A stretch of DNA of 64,000 nucleotides from Nemertoderma westbladi. Taxonomy: Eukaryota; Animalia; Xenacoelomorpha. A model generated the notes under the pieces. It was not told the origin of the DNA, searched no databases, and worked only from the letters and a program-made list of their open reading frames with translations. Each line of letters opens with the position of its first letter. Within the stretch, counting starts at the first letter, position 1. The DNA is taken from contig JAUCBJ010003590.1 in assembly GCA_032718475.1 (NCBI GenBank), forward strand, positions 1-64,000. The letters are read 5' to 3'. A program made the translations under genes and the position numbers. Shown piece after piece: positions 12,483 to 23,359 of the stretch.

Positions 12483-13727
12483 TGTAAAAGCTTTTGTGGG
12501 ATAACTGATACGTTTGCCTTTGCTGGCCAGTTCCCCCCCAGGCGCTGGAATACTCTAAAAGAGTTCTCTGACTGTATATATATTCCCCTCGCCCGCAAGG
12601 TGCCTTTACAGGTGTTTTAACGGACATAAAAATCATTCTGCTATATACGTGTTTTGGCGGACATGGTAAGGCAAAAAACCTGTAATGCACCAACTACCTT
12701 TCACAGCTTAGCCGTGATAATTCATATTACGACATCTAACAGCTGGTTGCTGACATGGAAACAGCCATTGGACGCACGGTTCTTTGTTTGGCTTGAGCCA
12801 ATCGGAGCGATTTTTCCTGTCGACGTGTAGCTTTTCAGTCGATCATAAGGAGAGTGTTCAGTCTTACTGTTTTTACTTGATACTTTGTTGTTATTGCTGT
12901 CTAAGCCAGAAACACCGGCCTTTCGGTAAGAACTCTAGTAAACTGCTTGAATTATCGAAAGTATAAACTGTTACCTTAACGAATCGAACCTTAACGCATC
13001 TTAACATACTTACTTAATTTAATTGCATTAATCATATTGTTTGTACTGTTATTTTACCGTCAGTTATTAATTGTACCTATTTGTTGATGGAAATATTGCT
13101 CTTTGGATAATACGGATAAATCACCCAAATTCCCAATTTTCTTGATACACTACAGGTTAGAGAGACCGGTTATACATAACAATTGCGATTTATATTAATG
13201 TGGTGTGTATTGAATCCAATGTTATTTAGCAGACCCTACGTGAGTCAATTACTGCTCTCTTTATGTGTGATCAAATATACTGACTGTCGGCAGAATAGTG
13301 TGTATGATCGTGATTGGTAACAAAGTATTTCCTAAAGAATACGCTTTATACTTTAATCATAAGCAGTATCGTTGCGTTTTAGTATAAGTCTTAGTTCTGT
13401 TTAAATAGATAAAGCGCCACGTCCTAAAGGAACTGTTAATATTTCCCGAAAGCCAATAATATCTGTCAGAGATTAATTATTAACGATCTATTGAATAATA
13501 CAGTAGGTATACACTGCAACCTTACACTGCAATAATAAAATTCAAGCATCCGAATTCAGTCTCCCGGGTGTAGATCCATCGGGTGAATGATCGCGCATGG
13601 GCTGACTTCGGCTAGTGTTTTGCGTATTAGCATAAATTATTGTCGTATGCTAAAGTGGTTTTAATTAACTAAAAGACATATAAATTTTGGCAGGTTAAAC
13701 TGCTAAAGGTCTTCAAAAGCGCGAACA
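12483..13727 (+). repeat. 5' LTR of copy 1 (divergent subfamily)
   Basis: TG...CA ends; shares blocks such as GCGCCACGTCCTAAAGGAACTGTTAATATTTCCCGAA, GGGTGAATGATCGCGCA and GGTTAAACTGCTAAAGGTCT with the other three LTRs. Confidence 0.85.
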
Positions 13728-14844
13728 AATGCTGTAAGGTAAACCCCCAACTAAAGAATAAGTCGTACTACTGGGTTAGAACGCATACTACCTAATCATT
13801 TCGGAGTCTGCATGTCCTGTAGTTTATTTAGGCTTGATCGTAGTCTGTCAGCGTTTGGTCGGCATTTTGTTTGAGTGGTTTGTACGCGTAGCGTAATATT
13901 TATTATTCAGAGTTTATGCGATTATCCGCAACATTCATTCCCCAAGTTTGTTCCTACAGTAATTGTGTTTGTTATACATACCGCTATAGTTAAATTAACC
14001 CCGGTACTACACGGGCTGCTTGGCGTAGGTAAAGACTGGTGATTTTGTGCATCGGTCACTCCAGCAGATGCCGTGGTTCTTTTAGCTGTTCAAGTATATT
14101 TAACTACAGATTATATGTTATACAAGTACTCGTACCTAATTTAGGGTTTAGTGTACAGTGCTTTCCGAAAGTAATTAGTGTAGGCATTATATTTGTGTTG
14201 TAAAGTGGTTGATAGGCACGTTCGATTAGCTCTATTAACTTCTAGGTAGGAACACTCCGTGATACATAACGTAGCACCTGTAGCGATACGGCTATAGGTC
14301 GTCAGGCGGTGGTATTTTCCTATCTGGACAACGCAGTGTATTTACTACTACGTATTATTTTCAAATACCGCAGTACCCTGTCCGTTGTAATAACCAGATT
14401 TCTAACCCTTTGTTAGGCTGGTTTGTAGACTTCTTGTAAAATTACCCTGAAAATTCGTATTTTGTGTTTTTGAAAATTTTTGTGTTTATTTAGAGATTGT
14501 AATCTCACCCGAATTGTACGTAATTTGTAGTATTAAGTAACTTAGGTAAATTAGTATTATTTGTTTTAGTGTCCTATAAGTAACACTTCACTGAATGCGC
14601 ACCGCTTTGTGTAGTGATTACTCCCCAGAAATAATAACATTTATTTCAAACATTGACAAAACCCATTAAAACGGGTATATATATATATTATAAATCAAAT
14701 CTAACGATTTATAAATAGTAGGCCTACCATACAACCATTAGGTCTTAATATCAGTTGGACTACTGCTTAAATAACGGCAATAAAGTAAGTTAAGGTAACC
14801 AAGTAACCCTTGAAATTCAGAAATTCAGTTATTTAAAATAATTG

Positions 14845-15260
14845 ATATACCGGTATTTACAATAAGCTTATTATATTTATTTCTATAAATTTTAGGTTGA
14901 AATCATACCGGTATTCTGTAATTAATTCTAGTTTGTAATTATACTTATATATATACACTATAAGTGTAAACTGCATACCGGTATTTACGATAGGCCTATT
15001 ATCTTTATTTCTATAAACTTAGGCTGAAATTATACCGGTACTTGTAATTAATTCTAGTCCAGAATTATATATACTACAAACTGTAAGCTGTATACCGGTA
15101 TTCCGATAGGCCTATTATATATTTATATATATTTGTGCTAAAATTATACCGGTATTCTGTGATAAACCTAGTCTGTAATAATAGTTATATATACTATAAG
15201 CATACCGGTATTCTAATATATTATATATCACGCTACACTGAGTAGCAGTACCGGTAATTA
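14845..15260. repeat. Degenerate ~55-65 bp tandem array built around ATACCGGTAT in the 5' UTR of copy 1
   Basis: About 8 copies of TACCGGTA with alternating TAGGCCTATTAT and TAATTCTAGT spacers, directly upstream of the gag ATG. Confidence 0.8.
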
Positions 15261-15344
15261 ATTACTAGGCTATCAGTTAATACTGAGTTACTAGACTTGC
15301 TCAGACTGTAATACAGCAGTAGACATTCAACTGTATACATAAAC

Positions 15345-18300
15345 ATGTCTGATACTAAGCAGAACCTGTCAGACAGTTTATTAGATGTAACTATCTGCGA
15401 CTCAGATAGAGGCGTAGAACCTTCTAGTCGTAAGTTCAGTTCACCTCCCACTGTGAGGAAAGTCATCCCTCCAGTAGTAATAAAAGAACCTAGGCTGGTC
15501 CAACATCGTAGGTCTATCATAGGCACTCGAGCTCAGGTCAAACGGGACCAAGAAGCAGCGGAACAGCAACAACCCGCGAGCCAAGAACTTACTTCTCAAC
15601 GGCCCGATAGCTCCAGTAGTGAAGATACGGTAGAACTGACACCCGAACGCGGAGCAAGGATGATGGATGAGGCTTATTCAGATCCCCTTCTCATCCTTCC
15701 TGCAGCCGTACTCACTAGGTTATTGATCGCTGTGGAAGAACACCAGATCGATTGGGCGAGAAGCCAGCGTACAACTAGAGATAGTTATGCGGGATACACG
15801 AGTGAAGAACTGAAGTCTATTGTCGAGTCGCAATGGAACTTCCCCGGACCCGGACTCCCGTTTGATTTATCAGAAGCTGCCTGGGAAGACATACACCGGA
15901 TGGGAGTAGCCAAGGAAACCATCGATCCAGCTGTGTGGAAGAGGTCCGCAGCCGGATACGCACAGGGATTCTTCAGCTCTATAGAGCGATTAAAAGAACA
16001 ACTGTTTCATCAACCTCAAGGACCTCAAGAGCAGGGATTGCTGCTTTATCAAGTTAGAGAAAGAATTCTACGAATCAGGCTAATCTTATCGGCCTTTGAG
16101 GAGGCTTCTAAACGAAGACAAGACACGTCGTTGCAAGTCGCCGTAAAGACTTGGTTTCAAAGGGTGAATCTCCAGGTTCAAGGAACAGCTCAGTGGAAAG
16201 CTCAGCTAGAGGAGCGATCAACCCATGGAGAATCAACAGACGCTACTTTTTCCCAAGTGGAAAGTGAAGCGACGGCAGAGAAACCGCATAAGAGGGATGC
16301 CATTGACATCTATCTGTCAGACTATCAACGTTTTTTAGGTGATGACGAATTGAGGAGAAGGTTAGAGGGGCTTACCCCTAATAGTGAAGGAACCAAGCTT
16401 GTGCTGGATGCCATCGATGTGGAAATGAGAGCTGCGAACCAGGCTAAATTTGATGAACAACTCCGCATCACACGAGTCCAGGAGGAGCAAATCAAGAAAA
16501 AACGTATAGAAGACAGAAAGACAGCGGCAGTGACAGCAGCAGTGGCAGCGGCAGAAGCAGAAAGAAAAGCGGCAGTGGCAGCGGCAGAGGCAGAGGCAGA
16601 AGCCGAAAGAAAGGCGGCAGAGGCAGATGCAGAAGCCGAAAGAAAAGTGGCAGCGGCAGCGGCCGAAGCAGAAAGAAAGACGGCTGTAACAGCGGTCGAG
16701 GCAGTAGCAGAAGCAGAACGGAGAGCTTCCGAAGAAACCACCCAATTAGAATTGGAAAACATTCAGGAGAATCAAGACTGCATAAATAAACAGTTAACAG
16801 CTAGTAATATGCAGATGATGAATCGATCTACTCCCAAAAGACAGGGATATACATCATCTGAGGAAAGCGATACCACCGATACTGAAGGCAAAGGAAATAG
16901 ATCTCGTCTAAGCAGACGTAAAAGAACATTCCACCGTCAGAAATTGCCTGATTTGCCTCCAGCTGTTAGAAGGCAACTAAATAACACCAACTTAGGTAGT
17001 ACAGAGCCCACAGACCAAATAATTAAAATAGAAAGACTCCCTACTATAGTAGATGAGCCTGAAATAATTAGGCCTGTTCTTGAAATCACCCCTTCGGTGA
17101 TAGACACACCTGTGCTCCCTGAAACTACCTCTAAATTCCCTCTGCATAGCACTAAGCTACCTGTGCCCCGTAGAACTGCCCAGGGGACAGTTCAGGTCCT
17201 GGACCCCGAGCGAAATATTCATAATTTGTCGCCCGTTGTCCCTCGTCCGCCCGCTACAACGTTGGCGACTCCCGCTTCGGCGGTCGAATGGGTGGACGAG
17301 AGACGGCGGGGGATGGATATCCTGCTCGGGCAGATGCAGGAGACTGTCCAGCAATTCAAGGGCACAGTAAGGGAAAGTAGGCTAGAGTTGCAAGAAGTGC
17401 AGCAAAGTATCGCGCTAGAACGCGATAAATTAGTAAATACTCAAAAGGGTATACCGCCACCCTCTGTAACAATGTGTCAACCTGTTAGGTCTGAAGTATC
17501 TCATGCGCAAGGTGTGGAGCCTACACGCATATATACTGCTAGCGAAGTAGAAACTCCTATAGTGAACCCTATTAAGGGTAATTATAGACCTGTTGATAAT
17601 GATATTCCCTATAATCCGAGAAATTTATATACCGATAACTCGATATTGAATAACACGATGGCCCAAGAAAGTTTTACGCGTCAAATGGCTAGAACCGAAG
17701 CCCGGCAAGCAGTAAAGGTGGGAGAGATCGTCAAGTTCAATGGAGATGAGATGAAATGGTTACCTTTTAATGAATATTACAAAGATAACATACAGAACTC
17801 TGTACTATCTAATGGAGAGAAACTTAGATTCCTCATCGAGTGCTTGGAAGGATCTCCCAAGTTAATGGCGTTAAAGTTTATTGGACATCCAGATGGATTA
17901 AGACAAGTTTGGGATACACTAAACATCAGGTATGGTAATAGGAATAACATAGCTGGGTATTTGTATGCAAAGTTGGTAGCGCCCCGAAAGTTTATTAGCA
18001 CCGGGATTATAGAGTTTTCCGATGAGATTCAGGAGATCTGTCGACAATTAGATTGGCTAGGTAAGTCTCATGAGTATCAGAATTCTATGGTTGTAGGAGC
18101 CTTAGCATCTACTTTGCCCAAGGGTGGAGTAGGTACACGCTGGGACAAGAAGGTGTTATATATGATGGAACAACAACAACGAGACCCTACCATGGCTGAT
18201 CTCATGTCATTCTTGGATAGCGAGGTGAAATTACAGCTCATAAAGCAGTCCAGAGAGAAGACAGCGGAAAGTAAGGTAAGTGAGAAACCCGTTTCTAGGA

Positions 18301-20309
18301 GAAGGGTAACACCAGTATGTTATACCGACGACGGTGAAAGCCAAACTTCTCAAGGAGAGGACAGCGGGAAAGACACTGACAGATCTTATTATGTCAATAA
18401 AATGCCTAAAGATCAGGTAAGTAAATCCGAGTCTCGATCCAATGACAGAAGGGAACCGGTACAAAAAACCCTTCCTACGTCTCCTAAAAGAATTCAGGTG
18501 AGAAAGCCCGAGGAAAGAACAAGTGTGCACCACATAGCACAGGTTAAAGTAAGTAACATCAAGCCGAAATGTGTGCTGTGCGACGGGCCCCACCGTTTAA
18601 ATGCGTGTGATAAATTCCTGAGGAAATCACTAAAGGATAGACGTGAAGTCATGTGGGATAAGCGGTTGTGTTATAATTGCCTCAGACGAGGACACCAACG
18701 GCGAACCTGTTACTCCGACGCAAGGTGTGCAAAGTGCGGCGCAAAACATCATATCTTGTTGCACACGGAATTCGAACGAAACAGCCCGAGTCAGGTAAGT
18801 GAGTCCGAACTACATGTCCAATTCAGTGATGTGAACGACACTGATCAATCTGAGATGGAAGGATTCTATACGGACGAGTTCTCCGACGAAAACGAATCCT
18901 GTTACTTAATAAACACCACCGCAGTGTATCGAGCACTCATGTATGAGAAAGACACAGACAGCGACCTCACCCTAACTACTTCAGATCAACAACCATCTTG
19001 GAAAGCGCCAACTTCCAATATAGGAATCCGAGAATTTCCTGTAGTCCAGTTACGGGTCCACGGACCTCAGAAGAGCTATATAGTGAACGCCCTCCTGGAC
19101 TCCGGTAGCACAGGAACATTCATCGATAAAGAACTAGCCGAAGTCATCTTTGCTGGACAACCCAAGTTCCGAACCAAGCTAAATATGTCAGGGATCATGC
19201 AGGTTTGGAATTCTACTGTAGCTGCCGACTATTATATAGGTGAGTTGTCCACTCCACAGGATAAACTAGGAGAATACAGTATAAGGTCAGTAAAAATGGT
19301 GGCAATAAAGAACTTCGCTACCACCCAAGTGGAACCTTATAATTGGGACGAAGATGATCATGCCCAACAACTTAACATCCCTAGATTCGACACCGATTAT
19401 CCTGGAGTACAAATATTAATCGGTCAAAACGCGCATGAGGCGCTGGAGACATTAGAGAAACGACCTACTCAACCGCAACCACTTCGGACCTATGCGGTAA
19501 GAACTAGAGTAGGTTGGTACCTTACTGGACCTTCCCGTAGAACGCTCAGAGAAAGACTGCTTCAAGATCGCGTCTGCCAGGTGAGTGAATGGGAAGATGA
19601 TACTAGTGAGGGAGACGACCCAACTGAGGGAACACCATACCCCTCAGATAATGACGATATTAGCTCCAATGTAGATCAATGGAGATATTGCCCCAAGAAG
19701 TTTAATCCAACTGACATCGCTTCCAGAGGAGCAACTCCTCAAGAACTGACAGATACTACAGACCGGTTAGGTGAACCCGACTTCCTGAGTAAGGAGGATG
19801 AATGGCCTCCCCATCTTACTCCGACTGAGATTAGACCAGCCAAGGGAGCGGAGAAAGTCAAACCTAAAACCCGGACGGGTGGATCGGAGTTATTTGAACC
19901 CGGGATAGATCTGTCGGTATTACATATTGCCAGGGACGACGCCGTGGATCTGGACCTCCCCACCGCGAGTGGATCCTTCATGAAGATCAGAGAGAGCGAT
20001 TGGAGCTCTGGAACATCAGACGTCTCGCAGGGACTCTCACCTCTCCTGCAGGGAGCGACGGACCACTATAGCTCCTGGAATCGGCTTTGTAAGGCCGTCG
20101 TGTACTTAGAGCGATGTTTCTATCGTCACTATTCCAGGACGAAGAGGAAACCTGGAATTGTATTCGGGATGCAGCGACTCAATCACCCAGTCGGTCGTTT
20201 GTGTTTACCGGAAGGGAATGGAGGACTCTCCGGAAACTGTGGAAGGCAAGATTCTCTTCCCACGACCACCTCCCTAATCCTTCAAACATCTAGGGACTCC
20301 ATAACGTAA
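15345..20309 (+). CDS. BEL/Pao Gag-protease polyprotein with vestigial pol tail; no RT or integrase core (1654 aa, open)
   Basis: AEAERK coiled-coil repeats; DUF1759-type Gag (IVKFNGDEMKWLPF..EKLRFLIECLEG); BEL triple knuckle CVLCDGPHRLNAC/CYNCLRRGHQRRTC/CAKCGAKHHILLH; protease ALLDSGS; then only QWRYCP..NPTDIASRG, YSSWNRL and HPVGRLCL remnants. No YxDD or DDE region. Confidence 0.9.
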   Translation: MSDTKQNLSDSLLDVTICDSDRGVEPSSRKFSSPPTVRKVIPPVVIKEPRLVQHRRSIIGTRAQVKRDQEAAEQQQPASQELTSQRPDSSSSEDTVELTPERGARMMDEAYSDPLLILPAAVLTRLLIAVEEHQIDWARSQRTTRDSYAGYTSEELKSIVESQWNFPGPGLPFDLSEAAWEDIHRMGVAKETIDPAVWKRSAAGYAQGFFSSIERLKEQLFHQPQGPQEQGLLLYQVRERILRIRLILSAFEEASKRRQDTSLQVAVKTWFQRVNLQVQGTAQWKAQLEERSTHGESTDATFSQVESEATAEKPHKRDAIDIYLSDYQRFLGDDELRRRLEGLTPNSEGTKLVLDAIDVEMRAANQAKFDEQLRITRVQEEQIKKKRIEDRKTAAVTAAVAAAEAERKAAVAAAEAEAEAERKAAEADAEAERKVAAAAAEAERKTAVTAVEAVAEAERRASEETTQLELENIQENQDCINKQLTASNMQMMNRSTPKRQGYTSSEESDTTDTEGKGNRSRLSRRKRTFHRQKLPDLPPAVRRQLNNTNLGSTEPTDQIIKIERLPTIVDEPEIIRPVLEITPSVIDTPVLPETTSKFPLHSTKLPVPRRTAQGTVQVLDPERNIHNLSPVVPRPPATTLATPASAVEWVDERRRGMDILLGQMQETVQQFKGTVRESRLELQEVQQSIALERDKLVNTQKGIPPPSVTMCQPVRSEVSHAQGVEPTRIYTASEVETPIVNPIKGNYRPVDNDIPYNPRNLYTDNSILNNTMAQESFTRQMARTEARQAVKVGEIVKFNGDEMKWLPFNEYYKDNIQNSVLSNGEKLRFLIECLEGSPKLMALKFIGHPDGLRQVWDTLNIRYGNRNNIAGYLYAKLVAPRKFISTGIIEFSDEIQEICRQLDWLGKSHEYQNSMVVGALASTLPKGGVGTRWDKKVLYMMEQQQRDPTMADLMSFLDSEVKLQLIKQSREKTAESKVSEKPVSRRRVTPVCYTDDGESQTSQGEDSGKDTDRSYYVNKMPKDQVSKSESRSNDRREPVQKTLPTSPKRIQVRKPEERTSVHHIAQVKVSNIKPKCVLCDGPHRLNACDKFLRKSLKDRREVMWDKRLCYNCLRRGHQRRTCYSDARCAKCGAKHHILLHTEFERNSPSQVSESELHVQFSDVNDTDQSEMEGFYTDEFSDENESCYLINTTAVYRALMYEKDTDSDLTLTTSDQQPSWKAPTSNIGIREFPVVQLRVHGPQKSYIVNALLDSGSTGTFIDKELAEVIFAGQPKFRTKLNMSGIMQVWNSTVAADYYIGELSTPQDKLGEYSIRSVKMVAIKNFATTQVEPYNWDEDDHAQQLNIPRFDTDYPGVQILIGQNAHEALETLEKRPTQPQPLRTYAVRTRVGWYLTGPSRRTLRERLLQDRVCQVSEWEDDTSEGDDPTEGTPYPSDNDDISSNVDQWRYCPKKFNPTDIASRGATPQELTDTTDRLGEPDFLSKEDEWPPHLTPTEIRPAKGAEKVKPKTRTGGSELFEPGIDLSVLHIARDDAVDLDLPTASGSFMKIRESDWSSGTSDVSQGLSPLLQGATDHYSSWNRLCKAVVYLERCFYRHYSRTKRKPGIVFGMQRLNHPVGRLCLPEGNGGLSGNCGRQDSLPTTTSLILQTSRDSIT

Positions 20310-21966
20310 CAACATATGGAGTGGGTGTGTGACTCTATTATTTTATATTATTTTATTATTTTTATATTTCTGTATGTATTACTATGTAATTTTATTATAA
20401 TCGTTTTCTTTAATTTTATTCAGTAGAATGTTATTTTAGCGATTATTTAGTAGATTAGTGCAATATATATTCGCGTTTATTATTTAATTACGTATATTAT
20501 ATTTAGTGCGACGGCGAAGAAATAATTATTTTTTCTCTTTCCTTACTGTCCGTATTATATTATAAATACGTAACTACAGTAAGATGAAATGTCCGTACTT
20601 ATTAAAGTACAATAAAGCCACTACTATATTAAAGTATTATTGGTAGGCAGAGTATTAGGAATGCAAAGTTCAGATCCTCGTGTCTCAGCTAAACCAAGCT
20701 CTGGGTAGACCTTGGAAACGACTTGCCTCTTCACACTGACATTGCTTCGTGCGATATTGCTCTCATACCGTATATTAAATAATACATATAGTAGCGTGAT
20801 GTCCCTCTAACAGTAGCGTAAAACGCACATAAATCTGTTAAACCTTTTGACCATCTGTAATTCTAGTCGATTAAGATATCGCGGCACCCACCGATATACT
20901 TGAAAGACAAATTTTAGAATCAGTGGTTAACGTCCCCAGACAAGTTCTGGAATAAATTGGTGCCCATCTCAAATATTAATTATTTAATATTTGCAAATCT
21001 AATAAATCAAAATCTGTAAAATTCAGATCCTTCAACAATTCTAGTCAATTAAGATATCGTAGCATTTACCGATATTCTTAAAAAGACAATTGTCATAGAA
21101 TTAAGGATCTTGTGTCCCCAGACATGTTCTAGAATCAAAATATGTCAATTTAATTATCAAATAATAAAATTTCAGGGAATAAATTTAAATTCATGCCTTT
21201 TAATGAATTTAATAAATTGCCATTTTTACGCAATTTATAACATTCCCAAAATTCCATTAATTAATAGATCAAGGGAGCGGAGATTTATCGTATTATGAGT
21301 ATGAGTGTGCGAAGTCTCCCAAACATAGTCAATAGCCGATAAAATTCATAAAGTCATGTATAAAACAGGACATTGACTATTAAAGAATTACTATTAAATA
21401 ACATCCCAGATCTGTATGCATTGGAATTACCCTAATTCTACCGCTAGCTTTACATAATGTCACCATAGCAACAACCACGCTAGAATTAGAATTGAGTTAA
21501 GAGAACAATAGAAAGCTTGTCCCATTGAATAGCATAGGGAATAAATAGTGCACTGATAGTATCCAAGGATACATAATAATACAGTGACATTCTGGAAGGC
21601 ATTGACTAACGGACAAGTGACCCGAGTGTGTGTAATTTGTGACAAGTTGTGTGTGTGGTATTTGTGAGTTTATAGGCGAATGTTACTACTAAGGTGTGTT
21701 TACAGTAGCGAGTCGCAATTGTGAAAGTAACCCTAACTCTCCAGTAAGAACCTGAGGTGTATCTAAGCCTTTGGGACGGACAGTCGAGTGACTTGTGCCG
21801 GTTGTCGTTGTCGTTGTGCGGCTACGTCGTTGGCGAAAGTACAGCGGCGACGACACATCGGCGCTGAGGATCTCGTACTGTCCGGGGGTTGATTGGGGTA
21901 GGCAGCGACGCCCGCTCGCCTAAATATAAACTCATTATAATATGGATAAACTCATATATAGCAGAT

Positions 21967-23281
21967 ATGACGGAGTTGATAGAAGATGGTCTTAGTATCG
22001 GGGAGCGATATACTCTACTTTTACAAGCGTTTGTTGATAGCTTAATACGCGGCGACGTTAGTCCAACTGCTGCGGAGGACGATGGTCGTTATATCGAACC
22101 GCCAATGTCCCAAGAGCAGCTCGCACGAGTTGGACTATAGAAAATTCGCTGCTCGATATACGCAGCGTAATGGTACGTATATGGTCTTCTTAACTACTGG
22201 TCATCCTATCGATTTACATAATACGGACTATGTCGACTATATATCCTGCCCAGCGGAGTCGGAATATAAACTGAAATTCGAATGCGAAAATTCTATTCGA
22301 AATCGACTCGAAAGAAAAGACACTAAAGAAACAAATAAACGCGGTAACTCCAACGTATATTTGGAATTCTTGATAGAAGCATTGTAACAACAAATAAATA
22401 TCACCCGCGTTTCCCCTACCAGACGTGCGTCTTTGGTATTATTACGATAAATGCCCTAGACCCAACTAATAAACGGAAAGACATAAACATCCACGGAAAC
22501 GTTGTGTTAAACACAGTTGTGCTCGTTATATTTACTGGAGTTTCGAGCGGAACTTGTTTGACGTATCACCTATGCTCACTCGGCTCGAACGATCCTGGAG
22601 TAAACCTACGATCAGAGTCCCGGAATACTCGGTCAAACCTCCTCATTCCTTAGTTGGACCTCAGACCTGCGATCCTGGTGGTGTCGCGGATCCTCGCGGA
22701 CTGTATTCACTGTTCAAAGATCTAGTGCTACCCTAACAATTAATCGGTAACACTCCGACAGTGATTTCTAGCTAGCCGCCCATCTTACCTAGCCGGATTG
22801 TGACGCGGACACCTAATATCACTATCCAACCGTATGGTCGTTCCCGTTTAACGCGATACAACCCTTCATCAAGGTGAAGGAGAGCGTTGTACGAAACGAG
22901 TTAAACGCTATTCTATAACCTGCGTTTGTTCAGATAAACGTAAGTTATAACAGTAAGTCCAATCGATAAACGAATTGGCCTTATCTCAGTTCGATTGGGA
23001 AATCTCGAATCTCTAAGAAGATATCAAGCTTAGAAAACCCTATTCTCTGCGAGAGTTTTGGATGAACGTATCCAGCTACGAGCGGAGGAAAATCAGCTCG
23101 AGGAGAAGCATATCGAAACGGCGGATACCCCGACCATAATCCTACACCTTCTGATGCAATCATATTGCACCCTTCACCCAGGATTTATAGCCCTCCTAGT
23201 AAAGTGGCTCGCCCCAAAGAGAAAAGGACTCTTGCTAGCCTCAAAAAACTGCGTAAACGCCGTCTGCGTAAGAAAGACTAA
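21967..23281 (+). pseudogene. Decayed accessory ORF of unknown function in the env-like position (copy 1)
   Basis: ORF fragments at 21889-23333 align with those at 37629-39157 in copy 2; one frame ends with the basic tail KEKRTLASLKKLRKRRLRKKD*. Confidence 0.6.
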
Positions 23282-23359
23282 CTGTTTAGAGTATCTTTAT
23301 ATTTTAGAAACTGTGATTTGTTATATTTTATAGACTTAAATCCCATTTTCTGGGAGCGG

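Noticed and set aside
14845-15260. CRISPR-like array
   Set aside because: The units are degenerate with non-unique spacers, the context is eukaryotic and there are no cas genes; the same applies to 28051-28245 and 52504-52923.
16325-16762. Ala/Ser-rich and Cys-rich antisense ORFs (also 32242-32685, 41195-41413)
   Set aside because: They are shadow frames of the AEAERK and SGSG repeats.
15345-20309. Domesticated host Gag gene
   Set aside because: It is flanked by LTRs and locally near-identical to a recently inserted second copy, so it behaves as a mobile family.
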